64,000 nucleotides of DNA from contig NIVC01001499.1 of the NCBI GenBank assembly GCA_002269645.1, positions 248,001-312,000 on the forward strand, in the 5' to 3' direction. Shown in pieces: positions 24,532 to 37,379 of this stretch (positions are counted from its first letter, which is position 1; each line of letters begins with the position of its first letter). Under the pieces are notes generated by a model. The model was not told the origin of the DNA. It made no database searches and saw nothing but the letters and a program-made list of their open reading frames with translations. A program made the position numbers and the translations under genes. The stretch comes from Macrostomum lignano. Lineage: Eukaryota.

Positions 24532-27500
24532 ATGTCTGCGTCCCTCACAGGGCCTTGCATTTTAGTGTCTGGCGAGCCTCTAGTTGTTGATCCGAAACAT
24601 TCATCAGCAGCACCATCTGCTGCAATTGGAGGTCTTGAACTGCCAGTTCGTCTAGTGCTAACTGCAACTAGCCTCACGGTTCAGGAGTCAGTTGCTATTT
24701 GGGATCCGACAGTTGCCGCTAGTCTAGCCTATCAGTTCGATCGTTCGGGCCTGCCACTGGTTCGCGAACTGTCTCTGTGCAGGGATCGTCGCGGCAGCTT
24801 CGGGTTCAGCGTGAGAGGCGGATCAGAGTGCGGACTGCCCGTGCTGGTCTCCAAGGTGCAGCTGAGATCGTCGTCTGAGTCGGCGTCTGGCTCCAGAAGC
24901 GGCGCCGGTGTCGGAGGAGGCGGCAAAAGTCGACTACCGGCTCTGTTCGTTGGAGACGCCCTGCTGGGTATTGATCAGGCCTGCGTTGATGGGGCTACTC
25001 ACGAGGAAGCGGTTGCCAGGCTGAGAAATGCCGGCCAACAGGTGACTCTGTTGGTTAGGCATTATCGCCAGGTAAGAGGGGCTTACGGGAGTTGCTGCTG
25101 CTGGGCCAGCCTCCCAGAGTGTCAGTTGCTGAGCCAGCCTCCCAGATCCTCAGTTGCTAGGCCAGCCTCCCAGAGTGTCAGTTGCTGGCCTCCCAGATCC
25201 TCAGTTGCTAGGCCAGCCTCCCAGATCCTCATTTGCTGGGCCAGCCTCTCAGATCCTCAGTTGCTGGGCCAGCCTCTCAGATCCTCAGTTGCTGGGCCAG
25301 CCTCTCAGATCCTCAGTTGCTGGGCCAGCCTCCCAGATCCTCAGTTGCTGGGCCAGCCTCCCAGATCCTCAGTCGCTGGGCCAGCCTCCCAGATCCTCAG
25401 TTGCTGGGCCAGCCTCTTAGATCCTCAGTCGCTGGGCCAGCCTCCCAGATCCTTAGTTGCTAGGCCAGCCTCTCAGATCCTCAGTCGCTGGGCCAGCCTC
25501 TCAGATCCTCAGTCGCTGGGCCAGCCTCCCAGAGTGTCAGTTGCTGCGCCAGCCTCCCAGATCACCAGTTGCTGGGCCAGTCTCCCAGATCACCAGTTGC
25601 TGGGCCAGCCTCCCAGAGTGTCAGTTGCTGGGCCAGTTAAAAATAATTGTTCACCCCATCAACCCAGGCCGCCAGAATTCTGCTAAGCTACCATCGTCGA
25701 CCCTCGACAGCAACAACAGCAACTGGTGACCAGGTGCCTTTGACATCTCAGCTGTTGAATTCTCAGCAGAAGCAGAAATCGCAAAGCAGCTGGGCAAATC
25801 TCATGACAGTCCCTCTGCTCTACGCTAGACTCCGTTGCTATGCTGTTGGCACGGATCGGCCTCGTCCAGCCGACTGTCTTGAAGTGGTGGCTTTGAGCGG
25901 CCATTCGACCGGTTGTCTGCGATTTCTAACCAAGCACCAGCATACTACTTGTGGCACTAACATCAGTAGCAGTAGTATCAATAGCGGCTTTCAACTAGCC
26001 GCAGTATGGCGATCAGCTATTATTAACAATATTCGTCGATTATCGAAAATTAAATCGATCGAATTTAACGCCTATAGTAGTAACGAAGGCGCTAGTCTAG
26101 CAGTCCACTATGCTAATTGGTTTAGTTTAACTCTGCACGAGAATCCGCTGAGAAGCCGACTATGGCAGGACGTGTTTCTGGCTATGAGAGGCGAAGATTT
26201 GCTACTATTCGAGCTGCCGCCCGTCCTAGCAACCGACTGGCGCAGCTATTCGTTGAAAGAGAAATTGTATAAATGCGTGATTAGAGTGCTGCCTCAACAG
26301 GAGCTGCTTGATAGAAGAAGCAATGCATTTTTTCTGCACGTTGGCGGAGGCGGCGAAGCGTTTTATATGAGCGCGGCGAGTTCGGATGAAGTGCAGCAGC
26401 TGGAACGATGCTGGTTTAATGCTACTTCGGCCGCTCTGGATGCCCGAGCCAGACGAGGGGCGCCGGTTATGTTTAAGGTGGTTTTAGATTCAAGCTGAGT
26501 TCTTCTAGATGAAAACAAGTTCAATTTTTATAAATGTTTCTTTGATTTTAAATTGCTTCCCCCCCATAAAAATCGCCTACCCAAAAATCGCCCACCCCCA
26601 TAAAAATCGCCTACCCCATAAAAATCGCCTACCCCCATAAAAATCGCCCACCCCCATAAAAATCGCCTACCCCATAAAAATCGCCTACCCCCATAAAAAT
26701 CGCCCACCCCCATAAAAATCGCCTACCCATAAAAAATCGCCTACCCCATAAAAATCGCCTACCCCCATAAAAATCGCCTACCCCCATAAAATCGCCCCTC
26801 AATAAAAATCGGCCCTCATAAAATTCGCCTCCCATTAAAGTCACCCCCCATAAAAATCGCCTCCCCATAAAAATAGCCACCCATATAAAAATCGCCCCTC
26901 CATAAAAATCGCACCTCATAAAAATTGCCTCCGATAAAATTAACCTCCCATAAAAACCGCCTCACATAAAAATCGCCTGCCCCATTTACAAGCTGCCATA
27001 AAAATCTATAAAAATCGCCTACCCCATAAAAATCGCCTACCCCATAAAATTGCCTCCCCAAAAAATCGCCCCCATAAAAAATCCCCCCTTAAAATTCGCC
27101 TCCCATTAAATTCGCCCCCGTAAAAATCGCCCTCCATAAAAATCGCCTCCCATAAAAATCGCCCCCATAAAAAATCCCCCCTTAAAATTCGCCTCCCATT
27201 AAATTCGCCCCCGTAAAAATCGCCCTCCATAAAAATCGCCTCCCATAAAAATCGCCCTCCATAAAAATCGCCTCCCATAAAAATCGCCCTCCATAAAAAT
27301 CGCCCTCCATAAAAATCGCCCCCAAAACAATCGCTTCCACACAAAACCGCCTCACTCAATAATAAATCTTCTTGCACCGCCTCTTCCTCTCACTCGTCAG
27401 GTCACCTGTCAAGGAGTGTACGGCACATTGACATTTGACCTCAATCGGGGCGTAGAGTTTAAAAGCGATCCGCGTTCGCGCAGAACTGCCGCGAATTTGG

Positions 27501-27754
27501 CTCAGGCCACTGCTCAACAACAGACCAATTGGGTTCACAGCTTCTCCAGTTTGCGTCGCACCTCAGACGATCGGGATCAGACTCTCTATTTGCACTTTAG
27601 TGCCAGCTCAGCTGAGGCTCCGGCTGTGGTTCGAGTGATACAGGCACCGGATCTGCAGCTCATGCTCATTGTGCTGCACGCTTTCCTGTCTAGCAAGCTG
27701 GCCGCTGTGGACCCGCTGTTTCACAGGCACCTCGCTGGTGCACACAATCCATGA
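24532..27754 (+). CDS. SNTG: Gamma-syntrophin (split PH1 + PDZ, PH2, SU domain); join(24532..25071,25668..26477,27401..27754), ~567 aa
   Basis: PDZ RELSLCRDRRGSFGFSVRGGSECGLPVLVSKV...LFVGDALL...THEEAVARLRNAGQQVTLLV; PH segments VPLLYARLRCYAVGTD and VFLAMRGEDLLLFELPPV...LLDRRSNAF; SU domain FSSLRRTSDD...LHAFLSSKLAAVDPLF. Both introns are phase 0. Confidence 0.88.
25095..25637. repeat. 28-bp minisatellite (CCTCAGTTGCTGGGCCAGCCTCCCAGAT)n, syntrophin intron 1
   Basis: About 19 units. Confidence 0.95.
26560..27330. repeat. 18-19 bp minisatellite (TAAAAATCGCCTACCCC[C]A)n, syntrophin intron 2
   Basis: About 40 units. Confidence 0.93.
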
Positions 27755-27789
27755 GATCTACCGATTGTGCTTTGAGACCTTGATTTGGG

Positions 27790-29390
27790 AGTCACTCTGT
27801 GTCATCGTCATCTGTTTGCTCTGTTTCACTCTCATCTGCTTGCTCTGTGTCACTCTTATCTGTTCACTCTGTCACTCTCATCTGTTCACTCTGTCACTCT
27901 CATCTGTTCATTCTGTCACTCTCATCTGTTCATTCTGTCACTCTCATCTGTTCATTCTGTCACTCTCATCTGTTCCCTCTGTGTCACTCTCATCTGTTCA
28001 CTCTGTGTCACTCTCATCTGTTCCCTCTGTGTCACTCTTATCTGTTCACTCTGTGTCACTCTCATCTGTTCACTCTGTGTCACTCTCATCTGTTCACTCT
28101 GTCACTCTCATCTGTTCACTCTGTCACTCTCATCTGTTCACTCTGTGTCATTCTCATCTGTTCACTCTGTGTCACTCTCATCTGTTCCCTCTGTGTCACT
28201 CTCATCTGTTCACTCTGTGTCACTCTTATCTGTTCACTCTGTGTCACTCTCATCTGTTCACTCTGTCACTCTCATCTGTTCACTCTGTCACTCTCATCTG
28301 TTCACTGTGTGTCATTCTCATCTGTTCCCTCTGTGTCACTCTCATCTGTTCCCTCTGTGTCAGTCTCATCTGTTCCCTCTGTGTCACTCTCATCTGTTCA
28401 CTCTGTCACTCTCATCTGTTCACTCTGTCACTCTCATCTGTTCACTCTGTGTCATTCTCATCTGTTCACTCTGTGTCACTCTCATCTGTTCCCTCTGTGT
28501 CACTCTCATCTGTTCACTCTGTGTCACTCTTATCTGTTCACTCTGTGTCACTCTCATCTGTTCACTCTGTCACTCTCATCTGTTCACTCTGTGTCACTCT
28601 CATCTGTTCACTCTGTCACTCTCATCTGTTCACTCTGTCACTCTCATCTGTTCACTGTGTGTCATTCTCATCTGTTCCCTCTGTGTCACTCTCATCTGTT
28701 CACTCTGTGTCAGTCTCATCTGTTCCCTCTGTGTCACTCTCATCTGTTCACTCTGTGTCACTCTCATCTGTTCACTCTGTGTCACTCTTATCTGTTCACT
28801 CTGTGTCACTCTCATCTGTTCACTCTGTCACTCTCATCTGTTCACTCTGTGTCACTCTCATCTGTTCCCTCTGTGTCACTCTCATCTGTTCACTCTGTGT
28901 CACTCTCATCTGTTCACTCTGTGTCAGTCTCATCTGTTCCCTCTGTGTCACTCTCATCTGTTCACTCTGTGTCACTCTCATCTGTTCCCTCTGTGTCACT
29001 CTCATCTGTTCCCTCTGTGTCAGTCTTATCTGTTCACTCTGTGTCACTCTCATCTGTTCCCTCTGTGTCACTCTCATCTGTTCCCTCTGTGTCACTCTCA
29101 TCTGTTCCCTCTGTGTCACTCTCATCTGTTCCCTCTGTGTCACTCTTATCTGTTCACTCTGTGTCACTCTCATCTGTTCCCTCTGTGTCACTCTTATCTG
29201 TTCACTCTGTGTCACTCTTATCTGTTCACTCTGTGTCAGTCTCATCTGTTCCCTCTGTGTCACTCTCATCTGTTCCCTCTGTGTCAGTCTTATCTGTTCA
29301 CTCTGTGTCACTCTCATCTGTTCCCTCTGTGTCACTCTCATCTGTTCACTCTGTGTCACTCTAATCTGTTCACTCTGTGTCACTCTCTGT
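27790..29390. repeat. 22/24-bp minisatellite (TGTCACTCTCATCTGTTCACTC[TG])n just downstream of the syntrophin stop
   Basis: About 65 units. Confidence 0.95.
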
Positions 29391-29759
29391 TCAATATGCC
29401 TTTCTCATGTTACTTTTTATAAATAAATTTCCTATTAATGGCGAAGGTTTATTTCGTGACCTGTAATTATTACTAAATGATTGAAACGAAATAATGACAA
29501 TGAAATTCTGCATAGATTTTAATGTAAATCTGTTCCTTTGTTCCCTAATAATCTTTACTTGCCTACTTAGGATGAATAATTTTTTTCTTTCTTGAATTTT
29601 TCATACTGGGTGATTATATTTTATTGGGAAAATATATAGTTAATACTTAATAATATGCGTTTTAATGCGTATGTTAAGGATTTTATTTTATTTTAGATTG
29701 TTTCTCTTTCCATAACTTGTTTCCGCATTGTAAATTCTGAATGAAAACAATTATGAGAA

Positions 29760-30102
29760 CTCTCTATAGCTGTGCTGTGAGATTATCCCTGGCGCACTTT
29801 AAGCGACATTGTCACACAACCGGCGAGAGGCATTACTGCCCATTCCACCGACTCCCCTGAGCAGGCACACAAGCACAAGCACTCACACAGGAGTGTACAG
29901 CGGCCCTAACTTTATTTCTCGTTAGGCATGTACACTTCACTGTGCTTTAGGAGGTTGGCCCTCAAGCTGGGCATTAATTGCACGAGCAGAGCCAAGCCGA
30001 GATTCCAATTCAGCCCCAAATTTATGTGACTGCACTTGGAATCGAGCCTGGGCCGCTGGTACATCAGAGCGTGCCGCGCTAGACAACTAGGTCACGCCCC
30101 CC
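29760..30102 (-). mobile_element. Putative tRNA-derived SINE, family B
   Basis: Minus strand begins GGGGGCGTGACCTAGTTGTCTAGCGCGG...CCAGGCTCGATTCC (A- and B-box-like); ~340 nt of unrelated body; single copy in the window. Confidence 0.55.
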
Positions 30103-30117
30103 TCTTCCCACAGAGAA

Positions 30118-30590
30118 CTATTGTCTATGGCCTGTCTTAATTTCTGTGTGCAAAACTTATATTACTGTGGTAGGTTTGATTAAAAACCCTCTTCACTTAA
30201 AAGTTTGAAACGACTGGCCATAGACTATCATCGCTGCGCCATAGACAATGGTAGATACGCGCACGAGTGTCTATGGCCATTATTTCAGCCCCTTACCTAC
30301 TACGCAACGTCATTGTCTATAAGACACAGCCTGGCCATTATTTCAGCGTGCCGGAAGCGGTCATTATTTCAGGGTAAGAGTCTGCGTGCGTGCGACTGCG
30401 TAAAGAGGGCGGTGGTTGGGCCATAGACTATAAATGAAAAAGCTGTTGGGCCATAGACTATAAATGAATAAGCTGATGATAGGCTTGAGCTGACAAGATG
30501 CAGCTGAAATAATGGCCAGTTGAGTTTGTCATTACGCCAAGCTGTGTCTTCTGGACAATGGCGGGGTTTCCGCCATAGACAAATACCTCT
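30118..30590. mobile_element. Element built of short direct and inverted motifs (GGCCATAGAC/GTCTATGGCC; TGGCCATTATTTCAGC/GCTGAAATAATGGCCA), MITE-like
   Basis: Motifs occur in both orientations; no TIR or TSD could be fixed. Confidence 0.35.
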
Positions 30591-31314
30591 AGCAAAAATA
30601 CACGGCATAGCTTGCCTTGCTTTCCATGAAAGAAGTACAGCTAGACAAACTTGCGAGTCAGCATAGAATTTTCGCTACATATCGATTTTAGGCTCGTAGC
30701 AATGGAAAAACACAATTCTACACTGTGTTTACTATTGTATGCAAATATTAGGCTGGGATATTTAATTTTTTTATCCCCGATCAGCTGTTTCTAGTTTGCT
30801 TATTTCCCGTGGGGCACTTGGAGCTTCTGTAGCAAAAGGCAAAAACTTTCTTCTTTATCAGCTCAATTTTCCAAATTTCGCTTAGGCTAGTTGTTGTGCA
30901 AATATTTTTTCCAGCGTGCCAATATCTTGTAAGTTTCTAATGTCTTCGCAAAATGATATGCGTTTTTTCCTCGCCTGCAATTTGCATTCCTAAATTTGTG
31001 CTGTTTTCTTCCTCTTGCCAAATTGGTATATCTTGCTTTTTACTAGCGTAGTTTTTTATTCTACAAACTTATTATATACTACTGTTTTGGCTTTTTCAGT
31101 AGAGTGGTTTGTTTATTTTTCATTTTTGTCATTTAATGCCTCAATTGTATTTTTATTGTTAAATTTTTACAATATACGTTGAGTTTTTGGTAAGGTTTAA
31201 ATCTGATGGAAACTTTCGAAACTTGATAAATTTTAAAATACATACTTTGTTAACTTTCATTCTTTTGGCTATTATAATTAATACAGATTTGTTTTAACCA
31301 ACCCACTCCTGTCG

Positions 31315-32485
31315 GACAACCCTCACTCCTAGACACCCACCTCATTCCTGCCTGCACCCCTCACTCCTAGACACCCACCCCATTCCTGCCCGCACCCCTC
31401 ACTCCTAGACACCCACCCCATTCCTGCCCGCACCCCTCACTCCTAGACACCCACCTCATTCCTGCCTGCACCCCTCACTCCTAGACACCCACCCCATTCC
31501 TGCCCGCACCCCTCACTCCTAGACACCCACCTCATTCCTGCCTGCACCCCTCACTCCTAGACACCCACCCCATTCCTGCCCGCACCCCTCACTCCTAGAC
31601 ACCCACCCCATTCCTGCCCGCACCCCTCACTCCTAGACACCCACCCCATTCCTGCCTGCACCCCTCACTCCTAGACACCCACCTCATTCCTGCCTGCACC
31701 CCTCACTCCTAGACACCCACCCCATTCCTGCCTGCACCCCTCACTCCTAGACACCCACCCCATTCCTGCCCGCACCCCTCACTCCTAGACACCCACCTCA
31801 TTCCTGCCTGCACCCCTCACTCCTAGACACCCACCCCATTCCTGCCTGCACCCCTCACTCCTAGACACCCACCTCATTCCTGCCTGCACCCCTCACTCCT
31901 AGACACCCACCCCATTCCTGCCTGCACCCCTCACTCCTAGACACCCACCTCATTCCTGCCTGCACCCCTCACTCCTAGACACCCACCCCATTCCTGCCCG
32001 CACCCCTCACTCCTAGACACCCACCCCATTCCTGCCCGCACCCCTCACTCCTAGACACCCACCTCATTCCTGCCTGCACCCCTCACTCCTAGACACCCAC
32101 CCATTCCTGCCTGCACCCCTCACTCCTAGACACCCACCTCATTCCTGCCTGCACCCCTCACTCCTAGACACCCACCTCATTCCTGCCTGCACCCCTCACT
32201 CCTAGACACCCACCTCATTCCTGCCTGCACCCCTCACTCCTAGACACCCACCCCATTCCTGCCCGCACCCCTCACTCCTAGACACCCACCTCATTCCTGC
32301 CTGCACCCCTCACTCCTAGACACCCACCACATTCCTGCCCGCACATCTCACTCCTAGACATCCACCACATTCCTGCCCGCACATCTCACTTATTGCCACC
32401 CACCCCATTCCTTCCCGCACCCCTCACTCCTAGACACCCACCTCATTCCTGCCTGCACCCCTCACTCCTAGACACCCACCCCACT
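31315..32485. repeat. 38-bp minisatellite (CCCCTCACTCCTAGACACCCACCTCATTCCTGCCTGCA)n upstream of MARS2
   Basis: About 30 units. Confidence 0.95.
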
Positions 32486-32588
32486 CCTACCACACTCTAT
32501 TCTCTTTCATCGAGAAAAAAGACAGCCTTTATCCGTTTATTACTTTCAGAGTATTTTCATGCAACTGTATTAATTGTGGTCTTTTACA

Positions 32589-35500
32589 ATGCAAAGAGCA
32601 GCCACTTACTTTGTGACTACGCCAATCTACTATGTAAATGCAGGTAATTTTATTAATCATTTTTCGACCGAGCTTTTTTCGTTATTATTATTAAATTTGT
32701 TGAAACTGTATATACTGTCGTTCCACATGACTTTATTAAACAATATTACATCATATCACAATAGTCACTATGGAATATATTTTCAATTATATGTATATCA
32801 TAATCAGTTTAGCAATCACTAATAATAATAATTAAAGTAATCACAAAAATAAGCGCCGTAAAAACTTCCGTATATTTAGAACTATTACAGTATTTACTCA
32901 AAAATAGAGTCACTACATGATGATACGAGCGTAATCTCAAAAATCACTATAAAAATGATAATCATCACAATAATCACTATATACTAATGATAATCATCGC
33001 AATAATCACTATAAACTAATGATAATCATCGCAATAATCACTATATACTAATGATAATCATCACAATAATCACTATATACTAATGATAATCATCGCAATA
33101 ATCACTATATACTAATGATAATCATCACAATAATCATGTTCCCTCTACCCCATCAGAGCCTCACATCGGCCACCTATTCAGCAGCTGTTTAGCAGACTCG
33201 CTGGCCCGCTACCATCGCCTGTTCAACCGGCCAACCCTGCTGACCACCGGATGTGACGAGCACGGCCAAAAAGTTGAGCAAGCCTCCATTCAAGCTGGCT
33301 TCCAAAATGTTCAACAATTTTGCTCCACTAATTCTAACAAATTTCGTCTATTATTCGACTCAGCTGGGATAGACTATTCAACTGGCGGTTTTCTAAGAAC
33401 GTCGGAGTTGCGACATGTCGATTGCGTTTCGTCAGTTTGGAATCGACTATCATCAAGTGGACTGCTGTCTAAAGCCAGCTACGAGGGCTGGTATTCAACC
33501 TCGGACGAGTGCTTTGTCTCTGCCGATGATTTAGTCAGATCTGAGGATCCTGTCGCCGGAAAGGAGAAGTTCGTAATGCGGGAGACTGGCCAACCCGTTG
33601 AGCTGTGCTCAGAAGTTAATTGGCTACTGAGAATGAATGACCTGAAAAGTGAGGTCAGAAAATATCTCACTTCAGGACGAGTTGTTGTGCCGGATAGGTA
33701 AGTGTGAGATTCCGAATCTGAATCCTAACCTAAATCCTATGCAATTTGTATCTAAACTCTAACCTAAATCATATCCCTTGTAGCTAAACCCTGATCTAAA
33801 TCCTATCTGCTAGGGCTACACCCTAACCTAAATGCTATCTGTTGTAGCTAAACTCTAACCTAAATCCTATCTGCTAGGGCTACACCCTAACCTAAATGCT
33901 ATCTGTTGTAGCTAAACTCTAACCTAAATCCTATCTGCTAGGGCTACACCCTAACCCAAATGCTATTCTACCGTACCTAAAACACCATCTAAACCCTATC
34001 TACTGTGGCTAACCTAAAACCCGACCTAATATCTACTGTAGACAACCAAAAACCCAACATAAACCCTATCTACTGTAGACAGCCTAAAGCCCAACCTAAA
34101 CCCTATCTACTGTAGCCAACCTAAAACCCAACCTAAACCCTATCACAGATACTCAGAATCGGCACTGCGCCAATTGAACTCAACGCCCGACACTCTGTCG
34201 GTCAGTCGACCTACAAGTCGATGCAGCTGGGGTGTCCCGGTGCCCGGAGACCCCAGCCAGACAGTCTACGTGTGGCTGGACGCCCTGTGCAACTATCTAA
34301 CCTGCGCCGGCTACCCAAACCACCTGAGAGCCTGGCCTCCAACCGATCAGATTGTTGGCAAAGATATCCTCAGATTTCATGCCATAATTTGGCCAGCTAT
34401 TCTCATTGCGATGGGCCTGCAGCCGCCAAATAGGATTATCTGTCACGGGCATTGGCTCTGCGATGGTAGAAAAATGTCCAAATCTTTAGGCAATGTTGTC
34501 CGACCAGATGAGGACCTGTTCAATCGGTTGAGCAGAGACGGACTCAGATACGCTCTGCTCAGATCCGGACCAGTGACTGGGGAAGATGCGGATTTTCAAT
34601 TAGCCAGATCCATTCACACGGTGAATGATGAGCTGGTTAATTGTATGGCTAATCTGGCTTCCAGAGCTTCCAGTCCGAAGGTTGGCAGTTTTCTGTGTTT
34701 TGTTTATTATGTTTAATTAAATCTCATTTTAGTACCAGTCTTCACTTTTATTCTCGTTGCAGTCTTATTCTTAATCTCACACTCAATCTCACCGTAGTCT
34801 CACCCTCAATCTCACCGTAGTCTCACCCTCAATCTCAGCACAGTCTCACCCTCAATCTCACCGTAGTCTCACCCTAAATCTCACCGTAGTCTCATCCTCA
34901 ATCTCACCGTAGTCCCACCCTCAATCTCACCGTAGTCTCACCCTCAATCTCACCGTAGTCTCACCCTAAATCTCACCGTAGTCTCATCCTCAATCTCACC
35001 ATAGTCTCACCCTCAATCTCACCGTAGTCTCACCCTCAATCTCAGCACAGTCTCACCCTCAATCTCACCGTAGTCCCACCCTCAATCTCACCGTAGTCTC
35101 ACCCTCAATCTCAGCACAGTCTCACCCTCAATATCACCGTAGTCTCACCCTCAATCTCACCGTAGTCTCATCCTTATCATCATTGTAGTTTTATCTTCAG
35201 TCTCACCGTAGTCTCACCCTTAATCTCACCATAGATCCACCGCAGGTCCCTGCCTCCTGTGGAGTCGCACAAAGACTTACTAAGACACGCGGCCAACCTT
35301 AACGAACACCAATTTGTCGAGCAGTTGCTCAACCTATCCGACAGTCTGCACTCCCAATGGTCCGAAGTTCGAATCCATCACGTAGCCGACAGTCTAGTAT
35401 CGGTGTGGCGCTCGGCCAACTCTCTATTCGATCGTTGGCATCCCTGGCAACTGGCCAAATCTGATGACGCTGAGTCGATGAGCAAATTAGACTCACTGCT

Positions 35501-35714
35501 AGTCCTGGTATTTGCCAGTCTCAGACTCACCGGGCTTCATCTCACTCCGCTGTGCCCCACACTGGGCCATCGGCTGATGTCTGCGTCCGGTGTTGATAAA
35601 TCGGACACTGTCCGATTTGACAGTCCAATTGACAGCGTCCTGCTCTGTCCGAGAGAGCTGGCCGCTCCGTCCGCCTCCCGTGAACATTTAATTGAGAGGC
35701 GTGAAGTTTTGTAG
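32589..35714 (+). CDS. MARS2: Methionyl-tRNA synthetase, mitochondrial/bacterial type; join(32589..32643,33157..33697,34149..34680,35235..35714), ~535 aa
   Basis: YFVTTPIYYVNA|EPHIGHL (HIGH motif), GCDEHGQKV, YEGWYSTSDECF, YVWLDALCNY, GKDILRFHAIIWPA, HGHW, KMSKSLGNV; intron phases 1,2,0 are consistent. Confidence 0.93.
32940..33135. repeat. 32-bp AT-rich minisatellite, MARS2 intron 1
   Basis: (AATAATCACTATATACTAATGATAATCATCGC)n, ~6 units. Confidence 0.9.
33720..34142. repeat. 32-bp repeat with 64-bp dimer structure and CCCTAACC-like motifs, MARS2 intron 2
   Basis: Period 64 at 33801 to 33865; degenerates at both ends. Confidence 0.8.
34785..35232. repeat. 23-bp minisatellite (CTCACCGTAGTCTCACCCTCAAT)n, MARS2 intron 3
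   Basis: About 18 units; the last unit runs into the acceptor ACCATAG at 35234. Confidence 0.92.
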
Positions 35715-35899
35715 CGGTTGGAGTTTAAGTTTTCTATCGTGTTTTACTTGCTTGCTATACTACTGATTTACAAGTAATATACTAAGCTGCTTGGCATTGA
35801 GTCGAAACTGCGTCTTTATTTCTAATTAATTTGTTTGTATTCACGGTTTCATGATTTTGATAGGAATTCTGCAACACAAACCTACTGTATCAAAATTGC

Positions 35900-36850
35900 A
35901 ACTTCAACTAACAGCAAAAAACAAAAGCAACAACAAAATCCTACAAAAACAAAATCCTACAACAACAGAAGCAACAACTAAATCCTACAACAACAAAAGC
36001 AACAACCAAATCCTACATCAACGAAAGCAACAACAAAATCCTACAACAACAAAAGCAACAACAAAATCCTACAACAACAAAAGCAACAACAAAATCGTAC
36101 AATAGCAAAATCAGCAACAAAATCATACAACATCAAAAGCAACAACAAAATCCTACAACAACAAAGCAACAACAAAATCCTACGACAACAAAAGCAACAA
36201 CAAAATCCTACGACATCAAAAGCAACAACAAAATCCTACGACAACAAAAGCAACAACAAAATCCTACAGCAACAAAAGCAACAACAAAATCCTACAACAA
36301 CAAAAGCAACAACAAAATCCTCCAACAACGAAAGCAACAACAAAATCCTACAGCAAAAACAAAAGCAACAACAAAATCCTCCAGCAACAAAAGCAACAAC
36401 AAAATCCAACAGCAACGAAAGCAAAAACAAAATCCTACAACAACAAAAGCAACAACAAAATCCTACAGCAACAAAAGCAACAACTAAATCCTACAACAAC
36501 AAAAGCAACAACAAAATCCTCCAACAACGAAAGCAACAACAAAATCCTACAGCAAAAACAAAAGCAACAACAAAATCCTCCAGCAACAAAAGCAACAACA
36601 AAATCCTCCAACAACGAAAGCAACAACAAAATCCTACAGCAAAAACAAAAGCAACAACAAAATCCTCCAGCAACAAAAGCAACAACAAAATCCTACAACA
36701 ACGAAAGCAACAACAAAATCCTACAGCAACGAAAGCAACAACAAAATCTTACAGCAAAGAAAGCAACAACAAAATCCTACACTAGCAAAAGCAGCAACAA
36801 AATCCTACAACAATAAAAGTAACAAAGCACAAGAGCAACAACAAAATGCA
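35900..36850. repeat. ~27-bp A/C-rich repeat (AAAGCAACAACAAAATCCTACAACAAC)n
   Basis: About 33 degenerate units downstream of MARS2. Confidence 0.9.
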
Positions 36851-37379
36851 ACAACCATATAAAAATTGCAAAACATTTCCGAAAATAGAAGCAAAGAAAA
36901 AGATATGCAATATTATTCATTTTTCTCTATCGCAACACAAACTAGGAGAATTGAATCGCATCGAATGAAATGAATTCTAGAGAATGGATGACACGATGTT
37001 ACCTCAAACTTCTCAAGCTTGTGTGTCTCATCCGGAACTCAGACTCATAATCGTCTTTCTTGCTGATGAAAATTTGATATTTAATCGGCTTCCCTTTGGG
37101 ATCAATTTGGGATGAAATGCGTTTGTTCCCTCTGGTGGCCATTCCGAGTCTTCGTGTGAGCTCGCGGATAAATATATGAGTTCATATTAAGGTTCTGAGA
37201 AAACAATAGTTTCGAGAAATATTTTATTGGCCCATGCAACTGGGGCTTAAATGAATGACAGGCATTATTGACACTAGATAGACGGACTAACAATACAATG
37301 CGGCTCTCACTGACAGGAAGACAGGCAATACTGGAAGCAGACATACAGAAATGCATGGCAGAACTAGATGGGCACTAAG

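Noticed and set aside
27669-29426. Three 520-585 aa ORFs in all + frames
   Set aside because: A 22/24-bp repeat lacking stop codons; open in all three frames, so an artefact.
30470-30520. Hammerhead-like CTGATGA...GAAA
   Set aside because: Stem II does not pair; the apparent stem III is only the local inverted repeat.
33720-34142. Interstitial telomere (CCCTAA)n
   Set aside because: Only isolated CCCTAACC motifs within a 32-bp unit; no tandem hexamers.
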